Notes under the pieces: generated by a model
What the model saw: the letters and a program-made list of their open reading frames with translations, nothing else
Told to the model about the DNA's origin: nothing
The model's database searches: none
Translations under genes and position numbers: made by a program
Assembly: GCA_977030845.1 (NCBI GenBank)
Contig: OZ365116.1
Coordinates: forward strand, 21,018,001 to 21,082,000
Origin: Fimbriosthenelais zetlandica
Taxonomy: Eukaryota
Direction: 5' to 3'
Length of the DNA stretch: 64,000 nt
Part shown: positions 24,874 through 37,100 of the stretch, piece after piece
Layout: the number at the start of each line of letters is the position of its first letter
How positions within the stretch are numbered: position 1 is the stretch's first letter

Positions 24874-26273
24874 GTCATCTATAAGGCATGGTGTTAATAG
24901 TAAATACCACTGATATATTCCATCATTACTCCACAGTATACATGATATCAGTGACTACCTATACAGGACTGTGACAAGATAATGCTGGCTACTTACCCTT
25001 ACGCTATACAGTATCAGGACTGATCTCACAATAGTTAACCTTTCCATGGTATGTGTTAAAGGTGGTTCCTCTTCCCTTTAAAAGATACCAAACTCAACCC
25101 AATCATGTCCAGAGATTGGTTCATCATTGGATGAAGCCGAGACATTAGTCGCCTTTATTTCATATTGTTGATTGCAGCACGCTTGAGTTGGTATGACTAG
25201 TGATTGTACATGGCAATCAACACCTGAACCTGGTGAGACAGAGAGAGAATGCCCTCAGTGGTAGATGCTAATAATATCTCAGAGTTTTTACCCCCTATTT
25301 GTGTATATATAAAATGTTGATGCGAAACCAATGTGATATCAATTGAGCTTTTTGAGTGATAATTTGTTACCTAGGTGGTTCATTTGTTGGGTGCATTTGA
25401 AAACAGGACATGGGTTTCTAGGTATGTTTTACCAAAAAACCATATCTCAATTTGTTTTCGCTTTGTATTACCCGAGAAGAGAACCAGGACAATGATACAT
25501 TACTCAAAAGTCAAGGCTACAAGGTCAATAACTATTGATGTTCAATAAGTATCTAACTAGAAATTATATTGATACACATATATTGGTTGGGAGAAATGGA
25601 AAAATATGCACAGGATCGAAGTTAGATCATTTGTACCCTGATTTGATAGAAGTGATTTAATTGAATATTACATTTGGAAAATTGTCATTATTGTTTACAT
25701 TTATATCTTTTACAAATTTTTTCATTATCACTTGACATTATCACTAAGACAGTCTTTATGACAGAATTGGTATCGAGGGGGGTATCCTCCAAGGAAATAA
25801 TTGAGCATATGAGCGGGATGAAGTAGAGACCAAGTGTGAAATTGTACATAAAATTTGAACTCGTGCGTAGTTGAAGATACTAAAACTGACGAGTTTTCTA
25901 CCCCCTGTATGTACAGCGATGTTTGTAGTGCCGTGTATATAAGCAGATATATTTATTTTCATCTTGTACTTTTTGTACGTTAGAAATACTGGATGATATT
26001 GAAAAAAAGCCCTGTTAAAGGTTGTGTTTTGTTAGCATGTGAACTCTAGTCTCAGTTGATGACATCATATGTCATATGTATTTATTACTCTATCATAGAT
26101 GCTGCAGCAGATCTATTTTCCTTCTTCTATTTTATATTTTTATTTGGTGATTTCATTCTCAGAAGCCAACTTTTTGTTTCATTTATAACCAGCTTACATT
26201 TTGTTACTTCATTTAGAACTGTTTTGTTTCTGAACTTGGGTTGTATCTGATACATATTCTGGCGATCCATGCC

Positions 26274-26279
26274 ATTAAA
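26274..26279 (+). terminator. possible DAGLA polyadenylation signal (ATTAAA)
   Basis: ATTAAA hexamer after a U-rich stretch of about 1.4 kb; I saw no canonical AATAAA nearby. Confidence 0.3.
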
Positions 26280-27556
26280 TATGAAATTTGAATCTCAAAT
26301 ACCTAGTAGACTGGATGTAATCCTTTATGGTATATTTTCCATGCTGTTGAATGAAATATCGGATATATAGGTTGTACGTACCCATTGTATGTTTTCATTA
26401 ATATTGATATCAGTTCTGTAGGAATCATACATTATAATAAGGAGATCTATAACTTTGGTTGTCACAATATCATATAATAACAGCTATTTTTATTAGATGG
26501 TTTTGACAGTAAGCACCACATCCATGCTGCTTGGTACATCATGTTATACATCCCATGGCTTTTTGTTCTGTGTATGTATACATACAGTGTCACCCAATAC
26601 GCCATCTATCCTGTAAATAGAACATTTAGACACAGTGGACAATGTGGACCCCTATTGGCTGGCTTCTTCAAATTGTCCATAAAATCATTCTCTACTTAAT
26701 CACAAAGGCGCAACTCACTGCCGCAAAAAAATATATTGAAAGTTTAAATCCGAAAGTAACCTAATGTATAAAAGTATTAACCATTAAATATAGGTAGTGC
26801 TGATCAGTAAAGGCATTGAGGTAGAGCTTTATAAAGCTACATGGAAGTATTACTATAGACAAAGATATTGGATTGTCCACTTATTGTATATTAACGGATG
26901 CTATTCCTTACTGGACAGTTATGTCCACTCATTTATTTTTAGATATACATGTATGTACCTTAATATGAGAAAATGGAAGGGTAGAGAAATCAATTGTTCT
27001 AGAAAAGAAATATATGAAATATCCAGGTTGGAGAATTGGTTCAGGTATTATCAGAGGTTATCTTCACACATGTCTCGATATGTTGCTACATTTATCATGT
27101 TCTCATGAAGCAGTCTCTGCTCTATTATTGCACACATTCACAGAAACAAGCTAAAACTGCCGATTTTGATTCACTGAAACCATGCTTCAGGTTTTCTATT
27201 TATTTGTACCAAGTGAAGTCAGTGAAGATTTGTGTTCTGTGCCTTTAACCATTATAAGGACATGGCTTATTGACTGCTTCTCCATGTTTTCCTGCCTGCA
27301 GTCATGTATCTGCAGTGTTTGTCTGAAGTCTTGTATTGCTAGGAATTATCGACAGTTATTATTTAGTATAAAGAATCCTTGCGATGATCAATATGAAGAG
27401 CCCTGTATTGTCAACAAACGCTTCCTATATTTTATACCAATGAATTTACTATAAAAAGTATTGTCATTTAAAAAAAAGAAAGGTGCATTGTAATTTGCAA
27501 GTAGTTGAAATATTTGATATATTATCTCTCTTCTCTTGTCTAGTGACTTGACCATT

Positions 27557-28906
27557 ATGTGGGATCCATTAGTAGTGCAGAAATGTATATTGGTAGTAAA
27601 TGAAATGATAACCTCTTAATATGGTAGATATTTCTCCAGCCTTCCTGGTTCGCTCGATGATATCCAGGGTGGTAACTCCTAAAAGATCTCAACATTATAA
27701 TTTAAAAAAGAAAGAACTTGCTTCCAGGCGAGAATAGGACCTAACACTGAGCCTTTGGTCACCCTGGATGTCCTACGCTTTATCGACTCATCCTGTTTGA
27801 TTTCATACTGTAAAACACCTGATGTACACGATGTGAATAATGTCAAAGCGTACATGAGCCTATGTAAGCCTATGTGCAGATTAATCATACTAAATAGAGT
27901 AAGCCAGGAGTCCATGATTGTGATCGCTAAAGCAAATATTCAGAATTACATTGACAAATGATTTGGTATTGACAATAGGGATATCACATGAACCTGTGTA
28001 TGTGAATACTTTATTTTTAAATGATACATTTTGAAAGAGTAAGATCTAGTCAGTATTTGAAGGGTCGGAGTACTATTGACAGAATATTCTGACTTGATAA
28101 TTCTCGTCTCTTCCCTTTAATTATACAAAGATTTAGCAAGATTCATCAATATAATTCTCCGGAGCAGCTGTTTGTAGAGGTAAGAGATATTGATATAATG
28201 CTGGTGTCTATTTTATCTGGTTTGATGGTACCAAGAGATTCAAGACCGAGTTACTACCCCTCTCTTGTGCAGAATGTTTCTGCTTGGGCAGATGTGTAAA
28301 CTGCTTGCACAAATAAAAAACCCAATTATGTTTAAAGAATGTATTGCTTTGTTTTCAGTCAGCAGCTCTTTAGTGGGGGACAGAGCGGAACCTCATATAA
28401 TATGTATGCTCTCTTTCATTCCTGCGTCGACCAAGGTACCTTTCATTCATTCACTCATTCATTCTTTCGTTTTTTTTCATTCCTTCATCCATTCATTCAT
28501 CCATTCATACCATTCATTTATTCAATTTATCTACCCCATACCATATAGGAACTATATGATCACACCTGAGGAGATCATTGATGAAGTCATACACCTCGGT
28601 AAATACAATGTTTGACATTTTTAGATAAGGCTTATTTAAGTTAAGAGTAATCTTGTACACGATGTGGAGGCGGTGTGTAGCAGCGTGAATGTTAGGCCTA
28701 TTAATGCCTATCAACATGCTGGACACTTAGCCAGCCTGTGAGGGATGGTGAGCTAGGAGAGCTGTACCATCAGGTCAAAGGAGAGACAAGTGATCTGTGC
28801 TGCGTGTTGCTTGCTATATATCTCTACTAGACCTGGGCCGGCATAGAAAGAGGCTGATTATCTCACACTGCCCCCCACAGTTTACCGTGCCATCATCCTG
28901 GATTAG
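27557..28906 (+). CDS. putative uncharacterised micro-exon gene, about 135 aa; join(27557-27584,27640-27671,27728-27863,27979-27997,28131-28179,28273-28295,28359-28403,28549-28598,28881-28906); may extend 5'
   Basis: All 8 junctions are phase-consistent. Donors: gtatat, gtaact, gtaagc, gtatgt, gtaaga, gtaaac, gtatgc, gtaaat. Acceptors are mostly pyrimidine-rich, and exons are GC-richer than the introns. No recognised homologue. Confidence 0.6.
28444..28522. repeat. imperfect (CATT)n microsatellite inside an intron of the micro-exon gene
   Basis: Repeated cattcattcatt units. Confidence 0.8.
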
Positions 28907-29086
28907 TACGTACAACTCCTGGATGTAAGTTGGGAAGTTTGAGACCTTCCATTTGTTGTTTAGCAACGTATTAGATAAGAATTTATTAGATAAGAATTTC
29001 ACTTTATATTTAGCATGCATGCATTGTTCAAGTTCGAATAATTTACTTGATATGTCACACTCCAACAAGCTGTTCATTCATTCATC

Positions 29087-29092
29087 TTTATT
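29087..29092 (-). terminator. HSDL1 polyadenylation signal AATAAA
   Basis: tttatt on the + strand, about 310 nt past the stop codon. Confidence 0.5.
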
Positions 29093-29403
29093 CCCATAAT
29101 CAATCACACTAAGTGACTAAACAATCACAATATAAATCACAGATTTCAACATAATTGTACGACCATACTCAAGTAATCCTAGACTTTTATGAAACATTAC
29201 TTCAAGGGAGGACCTCCCAGATTGTCAATAGATAAAGGAAGAGTAGGATTAGGGTTGAAGTACTGGTATCTAATAGAAAGCTACTCAAGTTTCTACAACG
29301 ACTCATGGCACACAGGGCTTTAAATAAGAGTGTCTGGATAAATCATATCCGCCCTAGACGTTATTAGAATATGTGATGTGTATTGACATTCACTATAAGG
29401 CCT

Positions 29404-29817
29404 TTATTTGGGTGTATTTTTGCTGGGGTCTGGTGATGAGGCTGTATTTTTGCTGGGGTTTGGTGATGAGGCTGTCTTGTCTGCTGCTCGTCTGTCTAGT
29501 CGTGTAAAGGCTTGTCGTCTGAAGGCATCATTAAGCCTCATGGCGCCCCACATCCACATGTTCTCAGGTATAAGTGATGTGAGGAAGGCTTGTACCCCAT
29601 GAGGCCAGTAACCGGTGGTTCTGTTAGACCAGCCCAGTGTACAGAGCGCGCTCCGGGCGTAGTTAGTGGCGGATGGGATGAGAATGCTGGGGTTGGATAA
29701 CGTAGAGCTGAACTCAGTCATACGAGTCGCCACGTAAAATGGCATCAAAGATTGGAATGTAATGCCAGAGTCCTTGTACTCGTGCCCTAAAGCTCTCATG
29801 AACACATCCAAATAGGC
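29404..29817 (-). CDS. HSDL1: HSDL1 terminal exon
   Basis: tttcag acceptor; [14 protein letters not shown]...PFYVAT...TTGYWPHG; ends in TAA. Confidence 0.93.
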   Translation of the reverse strand, partial: AYLDVFMRALGHEYKDSGITFQSLMPFYVATRMTEFSSTLSNPSILIPSATNYARSALCTLGWSNRTTGYWPHGVQAFLTSLIPENMWMWGAMRLNDAFRRQAFTRLDRRAADKTASSPNPSKNTASSPDPSKNTPK

Positions 29818-32167
29818 CTGAAAATGAATAGTCAAACTGTATTTTGTGCCTTATAAAATTTCCAATTCAGACTGACTAACGTAGGTTGGTTTTCCTACAT
29901 ACATGAGAAAGTAAAGGAATAGGAATGGCCCTTACTTTAGTGGCGCAGTAGACTGTCATTTGTGGTGTTGGTTGGAGACATGATCCAGATGACATGGTGA
30001 CGATGGCTCCCCTTTTCCTGAATGCAAAAATTATTGCATGGAAGTGTTATTACCTTTTACCAGAGTAATGACTGAATTTTTATTGAGAATCTGCCAAGAT
30101 ACTCTCCCTCCCTTATAATCTATCCCACTATCTCAACTCAGGTTAACATTTAGACGACCTACCTTTCTACCATACCAGGCAAGACAATACTGGTCATCTG
30201 AAAGTATGATAAAATAATGAGAATATTCGTCAATATATAGATTGTATAGACGAGCACATCACTGAAGTGAAATCATTAACTTTATATAGATTTTAAAGCT
30301 GATGCATTACCATTGTAGCAGCAGCCACGTTGACGTTGACAAGTTGCCAGATCTTATCTTCTGGAACATCCATGAACATCTGTGGATAGTCGTACATTAC
30401 GCCAACATTATTCACTGAAATGTGGAGAAATAATAGTCCATGATAAAAATTAAATAGTAACCTCATTAGATTAATAATATTTGCGTTTTAACTGGTTCAT
30501 TAATATGATACCGGTACTATCTAATATATTCCACACCTAGCAAACCGATGTCCTTGTCCGCCAGTGCTGTCTTTATTTTGGGATAGACTGAAGAACCTTC
30601 ATTGAAATCGACTGGAACAATGCAGGTTTTGATTTTGAATTTTTCCTCTGAAAGAAAAGCAGAAAATGAAGTTGGCAAAGATTTAACATACAGATATCAA
30701 ACTTTTCTTTTGGGGACTATGTAAGATTCATCCTATATAGCACTGGGTTTTTTTTTAGATGGGCCTAGATATGTAAGTTACTGTTTATACTTATGGCAAT
30801 ACATATGAGTTAAGATTGGCAACATGGCAATAATATAAGTTTATAAGCTTAGATTAGATGAGCATGAAAAGGTTTATAATGAAATGAAATAGAAAGACAA
30901 CTCAAACATAGATGATCATGAAAAAAAGAGAATAGTATGTGCATGGACATGTAAGCATACAGGTACCTAAGCGATCAGAGAGGTCTTTCATGGCAGCCTC
31001 AGACCGACTGACGAGCACTACATGTAGCCCTGAAGCAGCTAGTTGATAAGCAAACTCCTCCCCAATACCACCCGTACATCCAGTGACAACTGCAAAAATG
31101 AAAAAAAAGCAAATCAAAAACTATTAAAATTGTTAAGAAGTGCAACCTAAAGCAGACCATGAGCAATGCATGCAACGTGAAAAGCTATAACCGACAAAAC
31201 TGACTCATTGTCAATGCGGTACATGCTTCACTTTACTTTAGGCATGCCACTGGCCCTCCCATTGTGCATCTTTAGTATGTCCTCCTGGATTTTGTTTTAC
31301 CTAGTTTCTGACTGACTTGTTCACAATCTCGCTGGCCTAGTGAAATTATGATAAGATGAAATCCGTCACTGGCCAGTTCTTGAACCAAAGCTCGACCTAT
31401 GCCATGTGTACTTCCTGTCACGACTATTGGTGGAAGTAATCAAAATGCAGTGAAAATCCATAGTAGTGGCACATTTTAACTAGTCTGAACTAAAAGTTAG
31501 GGCTTAGGCTAGCCTAAGTAGGCTAGGGCCTAGGCCTCTTTGGCATATGGAACTTATTAATACTTATATACAATGTAGTCATAGAGGCATGTGGACTAAT
31601 AATGTTTTGTATAGGACTTCCATTCGGGATAGGCTACTTTTACTATCTTACCTATGATTTGAGCCATGCCACCTGAAAAAGTGGGTTGGGGGCGCGGGGT
31701 CATCATGACCCCACTGCCACTGGAGTCTGGACCCGCCCTAGATTAGGCTAGGCCCTATAATATATCTTATCATAAAATGGATCAGGATATTTCATTTAAA
31801 AGATTTATTAGCCAACGAATATTATAAGAGAATGGCCCATTTGTATCACAAAGTCAAAGTCCAACATTTACTAGTTTGAGGGGAGGGTAGTAGGCTACTG
31901 TAGAATTTCAGTAATTTACTCACCAGCCCAAGGGCCGTAGAGGCGCGGCAAGTCCGGCCTTCTGACAAGCCGGGATAAGCCATGTACCTTGAAAGCCTCA
32001 TATAAGCGTCTTGTTGCACAGTAACAAACTCCTGCTGCACATATCCCACCAAATAGAGTAAGATAATCACGAAATGTCAGCGATCGGACACCTAACGAGG
32101 TGTATTCATCGTAAATTTTAATTATTTCTTGCCACAAAAGACCAAAACTGTCAACCGGCACCGCCAT
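29404..32167 (-). CDS. HSDL1: hydroxysteroid dehydrogenase-like protein 1 (SDR, HSD17B12/KAR-related), 370 aa; complement join(32167-31924,31089-30967,30647-30537,30414-30311,30197-30163,30017-29936,29817-29404)
   Basis: 7 GT-AG exons in phase (1113 nt). N-terminus [15 protein letters not shown] resembles HSDL1 MAAVDSF. Motifs: [63 protein letters not shown]. Confidence 0.9.
29411..29470. repeat. 30-bp coding tandem duplication in the HSDL1 C-terminus
   Basis: Two copies of g(g/c)tgtatttttgctggggt(c/t)tggtgatgag. Confidence 0.9.
29936..30017 (-). CDS. HSDL1: HSDL1 exon 6 (catalytic S and YxxxK)
   Basis: attcag acceptor, gtaagg donor; [27 protein letters not shown]. Confidence 0.93.
30163..30197 (-). 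CDS. HSDL1: HSDL1 exon 5 (35 nt)
   Basis: tttcag acceptor, gtaggt donor; [12 protein letters not shown]. Confidence 0.9.
30311..30414 (-). CDS. HSDL1: HSDL1 exon 4
   Basis: tttcag acceptor, gtaatg donor; [11 protein letters not shown]...[10 protein letters not shown]. Confidence 0.92.
30537..30647 (-). CDS. HSDL1: HSDL1 exon 3
   Basis: tttcag acceptor, gtgtgg donor; [15 protein letters not shown]...DKDIGLL. Confidence 0.92.
30967..31089 (-). CDS. HSDL1: HSDL1 exon 2 (TGxxxGIG)
   Basis: ttgcag acceptor, gtacct donor; [18 protein letters not shown]. Confidence 0.92.
31924..32167 (-). CDS. HSDL1: HSDL1 exon 1
   Basis: ATG in caagATGgcg context, gtgagt donor. Confidence 0.9.
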
Positions 32168-32349
32168 CTTGTTTTCTTGGTGTGTCATGAAATATTTCCC
32201 CCAAAAGATTTGCGCAGGGGTTGGGATCGTCTGTTACATGCTCTTGACTTGTAAATGCTTAATATAATATAGGAATATCACACTAATCCTGCCTAATACT
32301 TAAACGTAGTAACACATCCACTAACATCGCCCAGGCTAACTAGCGAGCT

Positions 32350-32620
32350 ATTACCAAAGATCTTTGCTATTACATAGCGGACCTACAGGTTGCGACCCCT
32401 CGTGGAGAATGGCGTCACTACTGACGGTACTGCCACGCCACCTCGCCTGGTGTCAACGCCGCGCATTAGGCCCTCAGACGATTGTAGTCTGGTAGGCCTA
32501 TGACCCACCAAAATTGCATGAAAACGTTTTCTTTAATTTTGTGCTCACTGGTGTGTAGAAAATCAAATCCTACCGCTGGTCAGAATGGATCTAAATCCAA
32601 GATGGCGGCCAATATGTCTG
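32350..32620. promoter_or_regulatory. proximal promoter-like island of HSDL1
   Basis: CpG-enriched; YY1-type caagatggcggcc at 32598-32610 with adjacent CCAAT; CRE half-sites. Confidence 0.45.
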
Positions 32621-33859
32621 CTGAAAGGAAAATAACCCTAACTCAGGCAGTTTTTGTTCAAATTCTTAATTTAACAACATCTTTATAGGGTTTCTAGGCT
32701 GAAGGAATCAATTAATGTAATTGTGCAAATACCTATAGCTGTTTATATAGACAGTCTTACTTCCTTGTTAAAATCCAGTCTTTTATAATAACCTAGTATC
32801 CCAGACTCACGCAAGGTAGAGCCACTGTACCATCAGACGCATTAAGCCATGTCGTTTAGAAGTAGGCCCTAGGCCTCCTTCTGTAAGGCAATACTCCCTA
32901 ATCTGAGTAACATGTACGGCTATGGTATCTGATATATATTTTATATTAAGTATAGGCCTACCGAGGTCACTCAGATATATCATATTGATAGGCCTATCAG
33001 TTGTTATATTCAAAGGATAAAACCGATTAATTTCCACAACTATTGGCTATATTAGGCCCATTTCACAGTATTTTATGGGTGATATTGTACCCTTTGCATC
33101 ACCCCCTATGGCTACGGTCCTCTGTATGAGGGGTTTGACTTTTTTATCACTACAAATCATTGGCATTCTTGATGATTTTATATTAGTAAATTCAGGGAAT
33201 CAATTGATATGGAACTCTCACGTCTGCAGTGTAAATATCACCACCCATCAAGCCTAATGCCCCTTTATCTACCTTTACCTCCACTAGAGGGCGGCTCCGT
33301 ACCATGAAGGCCATAATCAATGCCTCCACCCAGGGCTGCCCCATGTTATGTGGTTGGATAGACATGGGAAAGGTCATCCGGCAGGAAGAATAAGGCCTGT
33401 ATTAAGGACCTTCCTATTGATGGGGTCCACCTTATAGTCACCCTAATAGTCTATCACGATTGATGATGATACTGACAATGTCTACCCAGGTGCATGGCAG
33501 TGACAAAATGTCACCACCAGTCATCAGACCTTTGCTTCCTTCATTAGGGTTTGTCTACCTCTGTCCATGTACTTCATCTATGTCCAATGTTTTTTTTCAA
33601 CACAATAGGTTTCTTGTATATATGAAAATATAATGAACCACTGATATTTGATATTTTATCCATTGATATGTGTTGAAATAGCATACAATTTCGCCACATT
33701 ACCCCATTGAAATTATATGTAGTAAGTAGGCCTAATATCTTACTCCACTACAGTAGGCCTAATAAACCCCCGCAGCCCACCTTCCACCATACCAAGTTCC
33801 AATCCACCGAACAATGATGTTTTTCAAGCATAAGTCAATGAGTTAGGACCAGACAACGT

Positions 33860-34100
33860 CCCTTACTTTCCCATCCAATCAGATAGTCATGTGACCCCAG
33901 CCAACATTACCGTCGTGCCCACTGCCCCCTCTATATCTGCCCCATCATTGGCGACACCTAACGACAACCCGGGGTGCCATCATGTCCGCCACTTCCGCTT
34001 CCACCACTCAGGGCGCATGTGTAATGCAGGACTGGCTTACTTCCGGCTCTTGAGATAAGAGTGACTCCTGCCGCCCTATGCGGGTACTAGCTGTAACTTC
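33860..34100. promoter_or_regulatory. housekeeping-type promoter-like island
   Basis: ETS/GABP acttccgc (33991) and acttccgg (34039), NRF1-like gcgcatg (34013), CCAAT (33875), CpG-enriched. Confidence 0.5.
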
Positions 34101-37100
34101 AATATGACAAAGGTGTGTAGGGTAGTACAATGTAGTCCAATGGCCCAGAACTATAGTGCTAGAAAAGAAGAGCAAAGAGTATAGAGAAGAAATAGGAATG
34201 TAGCAATAACTCTTAGAAATGAGGACAATATTATAGGATTGTAGATATACTGAGAAACTAGACAGAAGTAGAAAAGTTATAGAAAACTGAATTCAGTTTC
34301 AGTTCAATGCCCACCCTGATCTAATATGACCTGAGATTCGCCATTTTTGTACTCTGCCCAATGTTGAGGAGAAATAACCAAGTTATGAAAATATTAAATT
34401 CTTCAGACAACTTTTGAACAGCTTGCATTCACATGTTTAAATGCCATGCAGATCATGGCCTTGGGGAGAATGAGTAGCATTTTTTCAGTGGATTTACAAC
34501 CTAGAAGGATTATGTCCTCGTCCATAGCATGTTGATTACAGGGATTATAGGGCTTTCCCACTGAGCTCATTGGCTACCCATAAACCATATGAAACGAGTC
34601 TCGTATGACTCATTTCAATTTTGAATGTCTTCCCATTCCAGTATTTCTTGAAGTAGAGAAAGTCTTTCAAGGATGTTTAGATCCTGCTATGGACTCCCAT
34701 TTCCCCGAGAAACATCTATAACCTAAACAGACGTACAATCCTAGTCACAGAAGTTACTTTTGTCTGTATGTCGTAATATTCATTATGCATGTTATTGCTG
34801 AAATATTGTGTCTAATTCCCTTTAGGCAATGCGTCTTTCCCTTACGCATTTTGAAGTATAGTCAATCCATGGAGATATAGGCCATATACATTTCAAAATA
34901 ATTCATTCAATCTGCGTTTGATTGGTTCGTTGAGCAATTATTTAACCCTCAAAAAGATATATTCCGTTATTTTATATTCTCTACGGGTCAACTTTCCAAT
35001 GCCTATAGGCAAAGACAAGCGTATAGTGACCTTTCTGCCAGACCGCATTCTATTTTCCCCGACCACCTTGCTATCTTATGAGAACATCCCCTATCATTAC
35101 CCACTGATTTAACACTGTGCTTCTCCAAGGCACCTCGGACTCCTCCAGTATTGGTAGATACCAATAGCTGACAACCTCCTGGGTATTTACTATGGGCATT
35201 AGGCCCTAACCCCCATACACCTAACCTGAGCTGCCCTTTGTCATCAGCTTGTAGTAACACGCAGGCAAATCCTCCAATGGAAATACACATCAAAAGAGTG
35301 CCTTCCCCAAGGACGACCACCAAGTAACGGAAACATCTCCACAGTCAAAAATGCGGATAAACATGCAATTCTCGGCACTATAGAGAGGAACAGGTCCCAT
35401 TTCCTTGTCGGCCGACCATTTCTCTGTGGGCTGATAATAGGGAAGGTGTAGAAGGGAGGGGTGATTGCCTGAGCTGTTCTGATAGAAGTTCAGGGGCCTG
35501 TTTCAAAACAATCATTATCAATGTTAAGTCTATGGCATATTCTTGCGCTGAAGCAGGCCCCAGGTTGCTGAAAAGGCAGATGTTCTGTACTTGGAGCAGA
35601 TTGCTTGAAGGACCCCTGGTTACAGACCCACGCCCTGCCATTTAACAAAGGGTTCATCCTTAGGTTTTCTCTCACTCCGTCCTTTCATAGTTCATTGAAA
35701 AAGTGTGGCCATCGTGGATGTATAGATTTGGAGGCAATAATAACAGTGTAATAGGTCAGAGGTCGTTCTATATGTCTACCTTTTCCTCTATCTCCATCAC
35801 ACAATGGTTCCCTGGACGCTAATCAAGGCATTGTCTGTAGGCAGAAAGCACTGCTACAATGTTTGACATTTTACCTGCCTTTGCAATGCAAACCTGAAGC
35901 AATCATTCCATTTTATGTGATATTTCTTAAAATGCCTTCCCTTATAAAGTGTACATGTATTCAAAAATAAGTTTGTCTACATGCATATCCAATATGATAC
36001 ATGAAAAAATGTATGAAGATTGAGCTTGAGGAAGGTTGTTTTAATATTTTGTGAATATTGACACCGTATGGCTCGCGTGTAAGCACCTTAACAGTTAGGT
36101 TCTTTAGCCTAAGACAGGCTGATACTTTGATATGTTGGGGGCAGTCCAAGGTACCAATTATCAGGGTACATATTAGCTGGAGGTCTTAACCAGCTGTCCC
36201 CTCCTTCTTCTCTCCTTCAAGCCTCCCTACACTGTAAACCACGCACTCATGTCTTAATTGACTCGTTCAATTTTCCTCTCATTACAAAACCCAGAAAAGG
36301 CATTTATAATCATTAAAAAAATGAGTTGTGAGGGGTTGGCAGTTATATACTGTTTCACATCAATCACATGATAGTATGACGTCCCCTGTATTTGTGAACG
36401 TCCTCTAGTATATGACTTTACAGTGTACTGATTCAGGTCGTCTGCTTCTGTCTCCCCTCACACCTCTCGTGATAACAAGAAGGGCTTTGAGATCAGAAAA
36501 AGGGCCTTAGAGATGGGGAAAAGGGCCCTGAAGGGCTAATGCCATGTTCACGCAGTGGGTGGAGGACTTGTTGAGGGGATGTACATGATAAGTGGGTATA
36601 GATCCCCACCTTAATGTCCTGCCCACTCACACGCTATTGACCTTCACCAGTCGGTCAAGCCTTTCTTTTCAATGACAAGAAATGCCTACTTTACCCACAT
36701 ACATTAGCTCATTTCTGGCTTCAGTCAACAAACTGATTCACGTATAATACTGGAATTGACTCTGCTAAAGTCATTTTAATCAAATCAGTGTCCGTTGAAT
36801 GGAGCTAGTATAAAGCTCTCCTCACATTTACTTCTGTTTCACACGATCTTTCTGCTTTAAGAGTTCAAATATAGGTATTTATTCAGTATTTTAACATATT
36901 TTAACATTGAATAAGTCCTTAGATGACTAACAGCTCTGCCTAAATTAAGGGAGCTCTGCATCTCAAGCAGCTATACACACCCCTGTGTTAAAGCTCATAC
37001 AGGCTGGTAATATACAGGCTGTATATATGTACACAGTGTTCTAGCATCCTCTGTATGTAGGCACTCCATCTTCCCCATACATAGAGACAGACCTGCTGGA

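Noticed and set aside
26859-27044. Further upstream micro-exons for the hidden gene (DKDIGLSTY, IH, VGELVQ)
   Set aside because: They can be chained in frame, but the splice sites are weak and chance is likely.
27483-27500. miR-33-like GTGCATTGTA
   Set aside because: Diverges after 10 nt and has no complementary arm.
27679-27915. Minus-strand frame with VTKGSVLGPIL, resembling the LINE RT motif GVPQGSVLGP
   Set aside because: Only about 8 residues match and there are no other RT motifs. The same DNA is better explained as a plus-strand exon, though exaptation from a LINE fragment is not excluded.
32168-32188. Upstream in-frame Met (MTHQENK) for HSDL1
   Set aside because: The second ATG has the better context and aligns with the HSDL1 N-terminus.
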